Assembly: GCA_963803435.1 (NCBI GenBank)
Contig: CAWDML010000001.1
Coordinates: 288,001 to 352,000 of the forward strand
Source of the DNA: an uncultured delta proteobacterium
GTDB taxonomy: Bacteria > Myxococcota > Kuafuiibacteriia > Kuafuiibacteriales > Kuafuiibacteriaceae
DNA: 64,000 nucleotides
Direction of reading: 5' to 3'
The translations under genes were made by a program, and so were the position numbers. The notes under the pieces were generated by a model. It saw nothing but the letters and a program-made list of their open reading frames with translations. It was not told the origin of the DNA and searched no databases. Position 1 is the first letter of the stretch. The number at the start of each line of letters is the position of its first letter. Of the stretch, positions 10,508 to 20,542 are shown piece after piece.

Positions 10508-12358
10508 CTACTGGCCGAAGATCGCGTTGTAGAGGTTGTCGACGTGCTGCCGCGTCTCCTCGTAGACCTCCTGGTCCTTGAGGCGGTTGATGATCTTGCT
10601 CCGCTTCCAGGGCTCGCCCTTCTTCTTCCCGTACTTGTCGCGGATCTTGTACGTCTTCTTCCAGAGCTCCTCGTAGTCGTCGCGTAGGTCCTTGCGCTTG
10701 ACCAGCTTCGGGTTCGCGTCAATCGCGGCCTCGATGGCGTCGCGTTTGCGGAGGAACTCGGCGAACCGGGTGTTGAGCTTCGCCCGGACCACGGGGTCGT
10801 CCTCGACCTTCCCCGACATGCCCACGGGCGGCGCCGCGGCGACCATGCCGGCCGGTGGCGGTGGTGGCGGCGGCGGCTCCGGGGTCCGCGTCTTCACCGC
10901 CACGTCCTCGTGCTTCGGCGGCGGGGGTGGAGGCGGCGGATCCTCCACAGGATCGTTGGCCTTCACCTCCTGCCCCTTGGCCTGCGCATCGGCGGCCGCC
11001 TTTTGCGCCGCCTTGGCCATCTCCTCGGCGGCGTGCTGCGCCTCCTCGACGGCCTTGGGATCGCGGTTCTGCGCCGCTTTGGCGGCCAGCTCGGCCGCCT
11101 TGGCCTGGAGGTCCTCGACAGAGCCCGAGTTGTCGGCGGCCTGCTTCGCCATCGCCTGCGCCGCCTCGACCGCCGCCTTCTGCTCGTCGGTCATGCCGGA
11201 GGTGTCGACGTTCGCCACGTTGGCCACCGTGCCGCCGCCCCCCCCGCTGAAGCCGCTGAGCACCGTGCTCACGACGCCCCAGACGGAGAGCAGGATGTTC
11301 AGGCCGAGCGCGATCTTCAACACCAGCTGGAACCAGCTCGCGACGTTGAAGAGCTTGAACCAGCGCGTGTAGAACACGAACATGATCCCGGCGACCGCGA
11401 CGCCGAAGATCGCGGGGATCAGGCCCAGGATCACCGAGACCACCGCGACACCGATCAGGCCGCCGAGCGCTCCCATCAGCGCGCCCAGGCTGCTCGGGAT
11501 CACGAAGAGGATGTTGAGCACCCACGACATCACGCCGAAGTTGGTGCGCGATTTCGGGGTCGACTCGCCCTTCAAGAACTTGATGATCCAGGCGAACACC
11601 GGGTGGAAGATGAAGCCCACCACCACGGCCACCACGATCGCGATCAGCGGGCCGATCCACGCCGTCAGCAGGGAGAGCAACCCGGCGCCGAAGTTTCCGG
11701 AGATCATCAGCACCAAGGCGCCGACCAGCGCGCTCACCAGCGACGTGATGACGAACGCCGGGATCGCGTAAGCGATCAGCTCCATCTTCCCCATGGCCGG
11801 GAGCTTCTGCTCGTCGACACCCTTGCGGATGGTGCCGAGCGGATTCAGCGCCATCAGAGGAACTGCGGCCATGTAATAAGCGATCGCCTTGGGGACGGCG
11901 ATGAAGAAGTAGCCGACGCCCTTGGCCTCGGCCTCATCCCCGTCGCTGCCCGAAGGCTCGAAACGATTGTCCATCGACTCACCTGCAGGCGGAGGAAGCT
12001 CGCCGCCCGAACGCGCAGACGGTACTCCGAGCGGAGGGAAGTCGTCGACGGCACCGGCGCCGTTGCCGTTGTCGGCGAAGACGACTTCGAAGCGCTTTTG
12101 CGCCAAGGAAAAGATGGCCCCGGGGCTCAGCACCACCGGCCCGTTCACGCGCTGATCATCGAGGTAGGTGCCGTTCGAAGATCCGAGATCTTCGAGGTAC
12201 CAGGCCCCTCCGTCCTGATAGATCCGCGCGTGTCTCTTGGAGATCGACTCGTCGCGGAAGGAGATATCGGTCTTGGCGCGCTCGCGCCCCATCACCGCTC
12301 CCTCCGAGCTGATGTCGTAGACCATGGAGGATTCGAGATCTCTGATTTCGAGTCTCAT
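10508..12358 (-). CDS. FHA-domain multi-TM (Yip1-like) membrane protein with Ala-rich coiled coil and Pro-rich C-terminal region
   Basis: FHA motifs MGRE, SISKRHARI and LEDLGSSNGTYL, about five hydrophobic helices, an AAEEMAKAAQKAAA coil and poly-Pro tracts. Start ATG 12358 (MRLEIRD). Confidence 0.82.
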   Translation of the reverse strand: MRLEIRDLESSMVYDISSEGAVMGRERAKTDISFRDESISKRHARIYQDGGAWYLEDLGSSNGTYLDDQRVNGPVVLSPGAIFSLAQKRFEVVFADNGNGAGAVDDFPPLGVPSARSGGELPPPAGESMDNRFEPSGSDGDEAEAKGVGYFFIAVPKAIAYYMAAVPLMALNPLGTIRKGVDEQKLPAMGKMELIAYAIPAFVITSLVSALVGALVLMISGNFGAGLLSLLTAWIGPLIAIVVAVVVGFIFHPVFAWIIKFLKGESTPKSRTNFGVMSWVLNILFVIPSSLGALMGALGGLIGVAVVSVILGLIPAIFGVAVAGIMFVFYTRWFKLFNVASWFQLVLKIALGLNILLSVWGVVSTVLSGFSGGGGGTVANVANVDTSGMTDEQKAAVEAAQAMAKQAADNSGSVEDLQAKAAELAAKAAQNRDPKAVEEAQHAAEEMAKAAQKAAADAQAKGQEVKANDPVEDPPPPPPPPKHEDVAVKTRTPEPPPPPPPPAGMVAAAPPVGMSGKVEDDPVVRAKLNTRFAEFLRKRDAIEAAIDANPKLVKRKDLRDDYEELWKKTYKIRDKYGKKKGEPWKRSKIINRLKDQEVYEETRQHVDNLYNAIFGQ

Positions 12359-12451
12359 CGGCGTCGTAGATTGCCCAACATACCAACACAGACGCCCGAC
12401 AACAAAAACGCCCAAATGCGCATCGGATGCGAACGGGGGGCGTGAAGTGGA

Positions 12452-14884
12452 TCATGCGGGTTTGTGGGGCACACTCCCCCGTTGCCGTCCGTCCGGTAGC
12501 TTGAGGGGTCCGTCGGCCGGCGCGGCGGCAACGTCGGGATGGAGCACTTTGGCGAGGTTTTCGGTCACGGACCGCAGGTGGAGGTCCATCTGCGGGAAAG
12601 CGATCTCGATCCCGACCTTTCGGAAGGCCGCATCGATGGCGAAGTGCAGGTCGCTGGCGATACGGAAACGGTGCTGTTGCTCCTCGATCCAGACCAGCAG
12701 ATCGAAGTCGAGGCTCGAGGCACCAAATGAGAGGAACTGCACTTCCGGGGCCGGCTTCTTGAGCACCTGGCCGTGCTTCTTCGAGGCCTCGAGCAGCGTC
12801 CTCCGCACCAGGTCCGTGTCGGATCCATAGGCCACGCCGACCGACACGTGGATGCGGACCTTGGGATCGCCGTGCGACCAGTTGGTGACCCGCTGTCCGA
12901 CGAACTCACTGTTGGGGATGATCAGCGAGACGTTGTCCCGTGTGACCACCGTGGTGGAGCGGGCGCTGATCGCTTGGATCTGTCCCTCGACCGTTCCGTC
13001 GATCTCGACGAAGTCCCCGATCTTGATCGGCCGCTCGGCCAGGATGATCAGGCCGCTGATGAAGTTCTCGGCGATGTTGCGGAGGCCGAAGCCGATGCCG
13101 ATGCCGAGGATGCCGAAGAGGATCGCGAGCGACGAGGCGCCGATGCCGACGAAGCGCACGCCCACGATGATCCCGATCAGCACCACCACGTAGTGGACGA
13201 GCGTGTTGAGCGCGTTGGTGAGCCCGATGTCCCAGCCGAGGTTCTTGTAGATGCGCGCCGACAGGAAGTCGCGGATCGCCTTCGAGGCCACCACCGAGGC
13301 CCAGATGGCGAAGCAGAGCTCGACGACCGAGAAGATGCTGACCGGCTTCTCGTCGACGTAGAAGATCGGGTGATCGATGGCGCGGATGGCCTCGCCGAGC
13401 GTCACGTCGAAGCCCCAGATCGGCCAGACCAACACCGCCGCCGAGCACGAGAACACCAGCAGCGGCCAGAGCAGGGCCACCGCGGTTCGGATCTGGCCGG
13501 CGTAGCGCGGAGGAAGCTTGAGCTTCCCCGACTCGGCGTCGATCAGGTGGTAGATCTGCTTGAGGCCAATCGTCAGCAGGAGCCCGGCCAGGAGCAGGAC
13601 CAGGAGCGTCATCGCCACCGGCGCCCAGACCGAGAGTCCCGCCACCTCGGGCCGGGCCACGCGCTCGCAGGCCGTCTGGATGATCTGGACGGCGCTGTAG
13701 CTCTCGCGGGTCTCGCGGAGCACGCCCAGCGTCTCGTCGAGGGTCTGGCGCCGCGCCCGATACATCCGGCGCAGGATCGACATCGGCCCCAGCTTGTCCT
13801 CGGCCTCCCGGAGTCGGGCCAGCTCGGTGTCGATGGAGGTACGCTGCTGATCGACGGTCGCGATCAGCGCCGCCACCCGCTCGGGCGACACCTTCGGCGG
13901 CCACTCGGGCGCCTTGTGGTGGGCGAGCGCGCGCATCGCCACGGCGCGCGCGGTGGCCCGGGCCATGAGCGCGTCCTCGGCGTCACTGCGGCGATCGAGC
14001 AGATCGAACTGCGCCAGCACCGACGCCCGCTCCGTCTCGCGCGCCTCGCGTGCGGTCTCGGCATCGAGACCCTCGGTGGCGACCGGCGGCCGCTTCAGCT
14101 TGCGCTTCTCCTCGGCGAGGCTGGCCTTCGTCTCCTGGACCTCGGTCGCGACCCTCCTCTGGTCCTCCTCCGCCCCGAGCGCGTCCTGGATCGAGACCGA
14201 GAGCCGGTCGCGCGCCTGGTCCGCCCTCGCCCTCGCCACCCGCGCGCGAGCCCGCGTCTCGAGCGCCGCCGCCTGCGCGTGATCGACCTGCACCGACTGG
14301 ACCCGCCACTCGAGCGCGATCAATCGATCGGCGAGGGCGTCGCTCTGCTCGTGGGCCCCGCTGCCCAGCTCGGCGAGCGACCGCAGCCGCTCCGCCACCG
14401 CCTCGCCGGCGGACGCCTCGCCCTCCAGGCGGACCGCCGCCAGGAGCAGCTCGATCAGGCGATCGAACCCGCCGCCCTTCACGGTGTCGTCGCTCGAGCG
14501 CTGCGTCACGATCTCGGCGCGGTTCGCCAGATCGATCGCCTCGGTGAGGAGCTCCTCCTCGTGGTCGAGCGTCTCGAGGATCTTCTTCGCGATCTCGGGA
14601 TCGAAGTCGGCGGGCGCTCCGAGGTGCGCGTCGGGCGAGAGGCTCTGATCGTACTCGTCGATCAGCTTCTTGATCCGCTCTCGCTCGCGGTTGTTCGCCT
14701 CCTTGCGCGAGGCCGCGATCTTCTCGACCCTGCCTCTGAACGCGCGGATCTGATCGACGAAGGCGTCGGTGCTGGCCATCCGCACCTCCGGCGGGCTGGC
14801 CTGACCGATCTCGGGGAGGGGTGGAATCTGCGCGCGCGCCGTCAGAGGCACGAGCAGCAGGGACGCTGCCAGAATCCAGCGCAC
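12452..14884 (-). CDS. Mechanosensitive channel, MscS family, with a large periplasmic coiled-coil N-terminus (MscK-like)
   Basis: GIGIGFGLRNIAENFISGLIILAERPIKIGDFVE, IIPNSEF, VTNWS, VGVAYGSD and IEIAFPQMDLH. Confidence 0.93.
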   Translation of the reverse strand: MRWILAASLLLVPLTARAQIPPLPEIGQASPPEVRMASTDAFVDQIRAFRGRVEKIAASRKEANNRERERIKKLIDEYDQSLSPDAHLGAPADFDPEIAKKILETLDHEEELLTEAIDLANRAEIVTQRSSDDTVKGGGFDRLIELLLAAVRLEGEASAGEAVAERLRSLAELGSGAHEQSDALADRLIALEWRVQSVQVDHAQAAALETRARARVARARADQARDRLSVSIQDALGAEEDQRRVATEVQETKASLAEEKRKLKRPPVATEGLDAETAREARETERASVLAQFDLLDRRSDAEDALMARATARAVAMRALAHHKAPEWPPKVSPERVAALIATVDQQRTSIDTELARLREAEDKLGPMSILRRMYRARRQTLDETLGVLRETRESYSAVQIIQTACERVARPEVAGLSVWAPVAMTLLVLLLAGLLLTIGLKQIYHLIDAESGKLKLPPRYAGQIRTAVALLWPLLVFSCSAAVLVWPIWGFDVTLGEAIRAIDHPIFYVDEKPVSIFSVVELCFAIWASVVASKAIRDFLSARIYKNLGWDIGLTNALNTLVHYVVVLIGIIVGVRFVGIGASSLAILFGILGIGIGFGLRNIAENFISGLIILAERPIKIGDFVEIDGTVEGQIQAISARSTTVVTRDNVSLIIPNSEFVGQRVTNWSHGDPKVRIHVSVGVAYGSDTDLVRRTLLEASKKHGQVLKKPAPEVQFLSFGASSLDFDLLVWIEEQQHRFRIASDLHFAIDAAFRKVGIEIAFPQMDLHLRSVTENLAKVLHPDVAAAPADGPLKLPDGRQRGSVPHKPA

Positions 14885-14916
14885 GGGGCGCAGTGTAGCA
14901 GCGCGCCGGGCGACGG

Positions 14917-16503
14917 CTAGATCTTGGGGCCGGCCGCCTGGACCTCCTCGGAGGTCTGCCCCGCGAATTGCTCGAAGTTCTTGCGGAACAGGCCCGCGAG
15001 CTTCCGGGCCATCTCGTCGTACTTCTCCGGGTCCTTCCAGGTCTTGCGGGGGAGCAGCACCTCCGTCGGGACACCGGGGCAGCTCTTGGGGACGGCCACG
15101 CCGAACGTCGGATCGGGCTCGAACTCGACGGTGTCGAGGGCGCCGGAGTGGATCGCGTCAATGATGCCGCGCGTGTGGGCGATGCTCATCCGTTTGCCGG
15201 TGCCGTAGGGGCCTCCGCTCCAGCCGGTGTTCACCAGCCAGACCTTGGTCTGATGCTGGCGCATCTTGCCGGCGAGGAGCTCGGCGTACTTGGCCGGGTG
15301 CCAGACCAGGAACGGCGCGCCGAAGCAGGCGGAGAACACCGGTTCGGGCTCGGTGACCCCGGTCTCGGTGCCCGCGACCTTTGCGGTGTAACCGCTGATG
15401 AAGTGGTACATCGCCTGGCCCGGGGTCAGCCGGCTCACGGGCGGGAGCACGCTGAAGGCGTCACAGGTGAGCATGATGACGTTCTTCGGCTGCGCGCCCA
15501 GGCACGGGATCTTGGCGTTCTCGATGTACTCGATCGGGTATGAGGCCCGCGTGTTCTCGGTGATCTTGGAGTCCGTGTAGTCGACGGCGCGCGCCTCCTC
15601 GTCGTAGCGGACGTTCTCCAGCACCGCGCCAAAGCGGATCGCGGCATGGATCTCGGGCTCGGCCGCAGCCGAGAGGTTGATGCACTTCGCGTAGCAGCCG
15701 CCCTCGATGTTGAAGATGCCGTGCTCGCTCCAGGCGTGCTCGTCGTCCCCGATCAGCGCGCGGTTGGGATCCGCGGACAGCGTGGTCTTTCCGGTCCCGG
15801 AGAGGCCGAAGAAGATCGAGACGTCCCCGCTCGGGCCCTCGTTCGCCGAGCAATGCATCGACAGCACGCCCTTCTTCGGCATCAGGTAGTTCATGATGGT
15901 GAAGACGCCCTTCTTCATCTCGCCGGCGTACTCGGTCCCGAGGATCACCATCTCCTGGCGCTCGAAGCTGATGTCGATGCTGGTCTTCGACGTCATCCCG
16001 GTGGTGTGCCGGTTCGCCGGGAACTTGCCCGAGTTGTAGATGACGTAGTCGGGCATGCCGAAGGTCTCGAGCTGGTGCACGTTCGGGCGGATCAGCATGT
16101 TGTGCATGAACAGCGCGTGATAGGCGCGCTCGCAGATCACGCGCACCTTGATCCGATAGCGCTCGTCCCAGCCCGCAAAACCGTCGATCACGAACAGCCG
16201 GTCGCGCGTATTGAGGTAGTCCACGGCGCGCTCGCGGTTGATGTCGAAGACATGCTCCTCGATCCCGATGTTGACGGATCCCCACCAGATGTTGGTCTCG
16301 CTGTTCGGGTGGCGCACCACGCGCTTGTCCTTCGGGCTGCGGCCGGTCTTGCTGCCGGACATCGCGATCAGCGCACCGGTGGACGAGATCGCGGTGCCCT
16401 TCTCGTGGTTGAGGCCCTCCTCGTAGAGCTTCGCCGGCGAGACGTTGCGGAGAATGTTGCGAACGTGGATGCCGTGGGGCTCGAGATCGAATGCTGACGC
16501 CAT
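14917..16503 (-). CDS. pckA: Phosphoenolpyruvate carboxykinase (ATP)
   Basis: [62 protein letters not shown] and WLVNTGW. Confidence 0.97.
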   Translation of the reverse strand: MASAFDLEPHGIHVRNILRNVSPAKLYEEGLNHEKGTAISSTGALIAMSGSKTGRSPKDKRVVRHPNSETNIWWGSVNIGIEEHVFDINRERAVDYLNTRDRLFVIDGFAGWDERYRIKVRVICERAYHALFMHNMLIRPNVHQLETFGMPDYVIYNSGKFPANRHTTGMTSKTSIDISFERQEMVILGTEYAGEMKKGVFTIMNYLMPKKGVLSMHCSANEGPSGDVSIFFGLSGTGKTTLSADPNRALIGDDEHAWSEHGIFNIEGGCYAKCINLSAAAEPEIHAAIRFGAVLENVRYDEEARAVDYTDSKITENTRASYPIEYIENAKIPCLGAQPKNVIMLTCDAFSVLPPVSRLTPGQAMYHFISGYTAKVAGTETGVTEPEPVFSACFGAPFLVWHPAKYAELLAGKMRQHQTKVWLVNTGWSGGPYGTGKRMSIAHTRGIIDAIHSGALDTVEFEPDPTFGVAVPKSCPGVPTEVLLPRKTWKDPEKYDEMARKLAGLFRKNFEQFAGQTSEEVQAAGPKI

Positions 16504-16554
16504 GCCGCTTCCTAGCGGTCCGATCTGATTCTTACAAAGGGGAGTTCCCCTCAG

Positions 16555-17598
16555 TCAGGGCGTGGGCGGGTGCTCGATGCGGATCTTGCCCGCGAGGCGC
16601 TTCGACACGTGGACCTGGTTGTCGGCGTCGACGATGACCGCGCCGACCTGCGGCACCGACTCCACCAGCGCCAGGCCCTTCTCGGGTCCCATGATGAAGA
16701 CGCACTTCGAGAGGCCCTCGGCCAGCGTGGCGCTCGGCGCCATGATCGTGACGCTCCGCGACGCCATGGCGGGGCGCCCCAGATCGGGATCGATGATGTG
16801 GTGATAGCGCTTCCCGTCCTTGATGAAGAAGCGCTCGTAGTCCCCGGAGGTCGAGAACGTGGCGTCGGCGACCTCGGCGGCGGCGAAGTACGACGAGCGC
16901 GGCCCGCGGGGATCGCGGATGCCGACGCGCCACGCCCGATCGCCCTTCTTGCCGGCCACGTAGAGATCGCCGCCGGCCTGCACCATGAAGTCGTGGAGGC
17001 CGTGCGACTTCAGGATCGCCACCGCGCGATCGACTGCGAAGCCCTTCCCAATCCCGCCCAGGTGGATCTTCATCCCCGGCTTCTCGAGCTTCACCGTGTG
17101 GGCCGCCGGATCGATCTCCACCATCTCGTACCCGATCAGCGGGAGGCGCGCGGCGATGTCGGCGTCGCTCGGGATGGAGTCGTCCTGATCCTGGTCGAAC
17201 TTCCAGAGCCCGGAGAGCGCGCCGAAGGTGATGTCGAACTTGCCGTCGCACATCTTCGACATTTCGAGGGCCTTCGAGACCGCGTCGTAGACCTCGGGGC
17301 CCACCGGGATCGCCGCCCGGCCCGCGGCCGCGTTGACCTTGGAGACGTCGCTGTCCTCGCGCCACACCGTCATGAGGGCGTCGAGCCGATCGAACTCTGC
17401 GAACGCCTCCTCGAAAGCCGACAGCGCGGCGGGCTCGTCGTCCGTGTACGCGGTGATCGCCGCCTGCGATCCCATGGTCACGTGGGAGCGGTAGACGATC
17501 TGCCGCGGGATCTGCTCGGCGGCCGGAGCCGGCGTCTCGGGCTCGGCCTTGCATCCGAAGACCAGCGGCAGCAGCGCGGCGAAGCCGATCGATCTCAT
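16555..17598 (-). CDS. apbE: FAD:protein FMN transferase lipoprotein
   Basis: Lipobox LVFGC, TMGS, SDVSKVN, FDITFGAL..LW, LGGIGKGFAVD, AGGD, STSGDYER, YHHIIDP and SVTIMAP. Confidence 0.95.
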   Translation of the reverse strand: MRSIGFAALLPLVFGCKAEPETPAPAAEQIPRQIVYRSHVTMGSQAAITAYTDDEPAALSAFEEAFAEFDRLDALMTVWREDSDVSKVNAAAGRAAIPVGPEVYDAVSKALEMSKMCDGKFDITFGALSGLWKFDQDQDDSIPSDADIAARLPLIGYEMVEIDPAAHTVKLEKPGMKIHLGGIGKGFAVDRAVAILKSHGLHDFMVQAGGDLYVAGKKGDRAWRVGIRDPRGPRSSYFAAAEVADATFSTSGDYERFFIKDGKRYHHIIDPDLGRPAMASRSVTIMAPSATLAEGLSKCVFIMGPEKGLALVESVPQVGAVIVDADNQVHVSKRLAGKIRIEHPPTP

Positions 17599-17602
17599 CG
17601 CG

Positions 17603-17815
17603 TCAATTGCAGCCGCAGCCGCCGCCCGCCTTGCCGGTGCCTCCGGTCGCGCCCTCCCGGACGTCGTAGACGTGCCCGAGGAACTCGTCGGAGCACCCGC
17701 GATCGGCGGCCTTCGGATCCATGGACCGATGGGCGAGCGGGCCGCGCTCCCAGGGCTGGACGGCGGCGCAGCCGGTCATCACAAAGAGGAGCGCACAAAG
17801 GAGAACCCGATGCAT
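17603..17815 (-). CDS. DUF4266 small lipoprotein
   Basis: Lipobox MTGC, VQPWERGPLA and C-terminal REGATGGTGKAGGGCGCN. Lies 4 nt upstream of apbE. Confidence 0.9.
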   Translation of the reverse strand: MHRVLLCALLFVMTGCAAVQPWERGPLAHRSMDPKAADRGCSDEFLGHVYDVREGATGGTGKAGGGCGCN

Positions 17816-17907
17816 GGCCGAGGCGATCTTCACAGCGGGCGTCCGTCGAGATCAACTCGAACGTCGGGTTGACCGGGTCTCGGGGCTCGGGGAGACTTTG
17901 GATTCAC

Positions 17908-19494
17908 ATGCTCGCGACGACCGCCCTCCTCGTGTTCGCCGCGCAGGTGGGGAACGACCGGGCCCTCGACGTCGAGATCACGCCCCTCGGCGACCCGCAG
18001 ATCGCCGTCTGGCTCGAGACCTCCGACGGCGCGTTCGTCGACACGATCATGGTGACCCGCCTCGTGGGCACGTTCGGTCTGGGCAACCGGCCGGGGCGCC
18101 AAGACTTCGGGGGCGGCTATCTGTGGCCGTACGGCCGGCGCGAGCACGCGCTCCCGGTCTGGGCCCACCGGCGCGGCGTCGAGTACGACCGCATGGTGTT
18201 CCAGGACTGCCGCGAGAGCTCGCTCGGATGGCACGAGGCCCACAGCTCGCTGGAGCCGTTCTACTGCCGGCCGATCACGCCCTCCGAGGACGGCGTCGAC
18301 GCCATCACCTGCCCGACCACCCGGTTCTCCTCCGACAAGGGCATCCCGTACCGTCTCACCGATCGCGACCGCCCCGACTGCGCGTCGCTCGGCGGCCCTT
18401 CGACATCGTACTACCCGCCGCGCAACGACATCGCGAGCCGCGACGGGGCGCGCGACTGGCAGGGCGTCACCGACCTCCAGGCGATGAACGATCTCGACGC
18501 CGTCAGCCGCGCCACGCCGAAGGCTGGCCTGCCCTACCGCGTCTCGTATCACCTGCCGCACGATTTTCCGCCCGGCGACTACGTGGTGTGGCTCGAGGTG
18601 AACCAGGAGGCGGACGCGAACGCCGACTACGACTTCGACTTCTTCATGGATCCGGCGCTCACCGACTACGGCCGGCGCGAGCGCGGCCAGCCGTCGGTGG
18701 TCTGGAAGGTGGCGCTGACGCTCGGCGAGGACCGCACCGAGGCCGAGGCCCTCGACTACGCCGGCTACGGAGCCCCCGACGGACAGGACGGCGAGCTCCG
18801 CCCGCCCGACGACACGATCACCACCGGGGTGCCGGGGAGCGGCGCCGAGCGCCTCGACGTGGTGCCGGGGCCGACCGGCAGCCACCGCGTCCACGTCCGC
18901 TACATCCCGGACGCGCCCTGCACGCCGCCCGACGCCGTGCGCTCGATGGCGAAGATCTCGGCCGACTTCCAGTCGGTGACGATGTCGTTCGCTCCGCCCG
19001 AGCCGGCCGACGCCATCTCGCTGTACGAGGTGCACTACCTCGAGGGCGAGGCTGTGATGGAGACGGACGAGCAGTTCGACAACGCGATCCCGGGCCCCGA
19101 GGTCATCGCCAGCGCCGAGGTCACCTCGTTCGTGATCCCGCGGCTGCACGCGGATACGCTCTACAGCATCGCGATCCGGAGCCGAAACTTCTGCCAGCAG
19201 ACTTCGGCCCTCATGAACGCGCAGGTCCGGACCGAGCCGCGCGAGTTCACCACCGTCGACGCCTGCTTCATCGCCACCGCCGCCCACGGCTCGCTCTACG
19301 CGAAAGACGTGGTGGCCCTGCGCCGCTTCCGCGATCGGGCGCTGATGACCTCGAGCGCCGGACGGATGTTCGTCCGCCTGTACTACCGCACCAGCCCCCC
19401 GATCGCGGACTTCATCCGCGACCGCGACACGCTGCGGGCCCTGGTTCGGTTCGCGCTCAAGCCGCTCGTATGGCTCGCTCGTGAGATCGATTAG
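17908..19494 (+). CDS. Secreted DUF2271-like, fibronectin type III and CFI-box-CTERM protein; candidate ApbE substrate
   Basis: PQIAVWLETSDGAFVDTIMVT, DAVSRAT and PGDYVVWLEVNQE resemble DUF2271. FN3-like YEVHY...LHADTLYSIAIRSRN. C-terminal CFIATAAHGS...LRRFRDRAL...GRMFVRLYYRTSPPIA. Confidence 0.8.
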   Translation: MLATTALLVFAAQVGNDRALDVEITPLGDPQIAVWLETSDGAFVDTIMVTRLVGTFGLGNRPGRQDFGGGYLWPYGRREHALPVWAHRRGVEYDRMVFQDCRESSLGWHEAHSSLEPFYCRPITPSEDGVDAITCPTTRFSSDKGIPYRLTDRDRPDCASLGGPSTSYYPPRNDIASRDGARDWQGVTDLQAMNDLDAVSRATPKAGLPYRVSYHLPHDFPPGDYVVWLEVNQEADANADYDFDFFMDPALTDYGRRERGQPSVVWKVALTLGEDRTEAEALDYAGYGAPDGQDGELRPPDDTITTGVPGSGAERLDVVPGPTGSHRVHVRYIPDAPCTPPDAVRSMAKISADFQSVTMSFAPPEPADAISLYEVHYLEGEAVMETDEQFDNAIPGPEVIASAEVTSFVIPRLHADTLYSIAIRSRNFCQQTSALMNAQVRTEPREFTTVDACFIATAAHGSLYAKDVVALRRFRDRALMTSSAGRMFVRLYYRTSPPIADFIRDRDTLRALVRFALKPLVWLAREID

Positions 19495-20539
19495 CGCTCT
19501 TTTGGCGATCGTGCTCGTGCTCCTGCCGGCGAGCGCGAGCGCGCACTGGATCTGCCTCTATGGGAGCTACTACAAGGAGCGGAGCACGCGCGTGATCTCG
19601 CCGATGATCGAGGCAAAGGCGGACCTCCCGTACGAGAGCGAGCTTCAGGTCGGGTACCTGATCGATCAGATCACCTCGGCCTCGGCCGCCGTGACGCCGG
19701 GGGCCGACACGGTGTTCAAGGAGTACCGGCACGAGGTCGACATCGCGGCGGCCAAGCGGTTCTTCGGGTTCATCAAGCCGATCGTGAAGTTCCGGTACAG
19801 CGACGAGCCCGACTACAAGTCGGTGGGGTTCGGCGCGGATCTGGAGGTGGAGCTGTTCGACAGGAACACCACGCTCCACGCCGGGTTCGGCTACTTGAAC
19901 GACACCATCGGGATGCGTCCGCCGCCGAACCAGGCGACCGATCCGAACGCTACCCGCTTCCGGGAGCACCTGAACACCCCGCTGTTCTCGCTGGGCGTCA
20001 CGCAAGTGCTGGCGCCGTCGTTGATCGGCGCCATCGATCTGGAGGCCCAGATCCCCCGCGGGTTCCAGGAGAATCAGTATCGCGTCGAGCAGCACCCGGA
20101 GGCGCGAAACCGCTATGCGGTCGCCACCTGGCTCGCGTATCGCATCGAGGCCACGCGCACCACGATCCGCGCCGACTACCGCTTCTACGCAGACACCTGG
20201 AGGCTGCGCGCGCACTCTGCAGAGGTGCGCATCACGCAGCGGATCCTCCCCTCGCTCGAGATTGAGCCGCGCTTTCACGTGCACTTCCAGAACGGCGTGT
20301 ACTTCGTCGACGCGGTGACGATCGACGATCAGACGTTCCGCACCGAGGACCCCAAGCTCAAGGCGTTCAACGCCCAGACGTTCGGGCTCCAGATCTCGTG
20401 GCAGCTCTCGTTCCTGCAGGGCACCGCGCTCGACGTGTTCTCCGAGGCCATGATCCAGCCGTACTACGCGTTCCTCAGGCAGACGAACGCCTACGGCAAC
20501 GCCCACATCGCCCAGCTCGGCGTGTTCTGGCCCTTCTGA
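19481..20539 (+). CDS. DUF3570 family outer-membrane beta-barrel protein
   Basis: Signal peptide, DQITSAS, YSDEPDYKS, NTTL, EQHPEARNR, DYRFYADTW.L.AHS and a C-terminal aromatic (FWPF). apbE/DUF4266 context supports the call. Confidence 0.85.
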   Translation: MRSISALLAIVLVLLPASASAHWICLYGSYYKERSTRVISPMIEAKADLPYESELQVGYLIDQITSASAAVTPGADTVFKEYRHEVDIAAAKRFFGFIKPIVKFRYSDEPDYKSVGFGADLEVELFDRNTTLHAGFGYLNDTIGMRPPPNQATDPNATRFREHLNTPLFSLGVTQVLAPSLIGAIDLEAQIPRGFQENQYRVEQHPEARNRYAVATWLAYRIEATRTTIRADYRFYADTWRLRAHSAEVRITQRILPSLEIEPRFHVHFQNGVYFVDAVTIDDQTFRTEDPKLKAFNAQTFGLQISWQLSFLQGTALDVFSEAMIQPYYAFLRQTNAYGNAHIAQLGVFWPF

Positions 20540-20542
20540 GCG

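Noticed and set aside
16538-16551. AGGGGA-GT-TCCCCT palindrome between apbE and pckA
   Set aside because: It is a short single occurrence that could be an operator, a hairpin or chance.
16570-17907. 974-aa ORF starting at 16570
   Set aside because: The first 446 codons are antisense to apbE and DUF4266. The real protein starts at ATG 17908 with a signal-like N-terminus.
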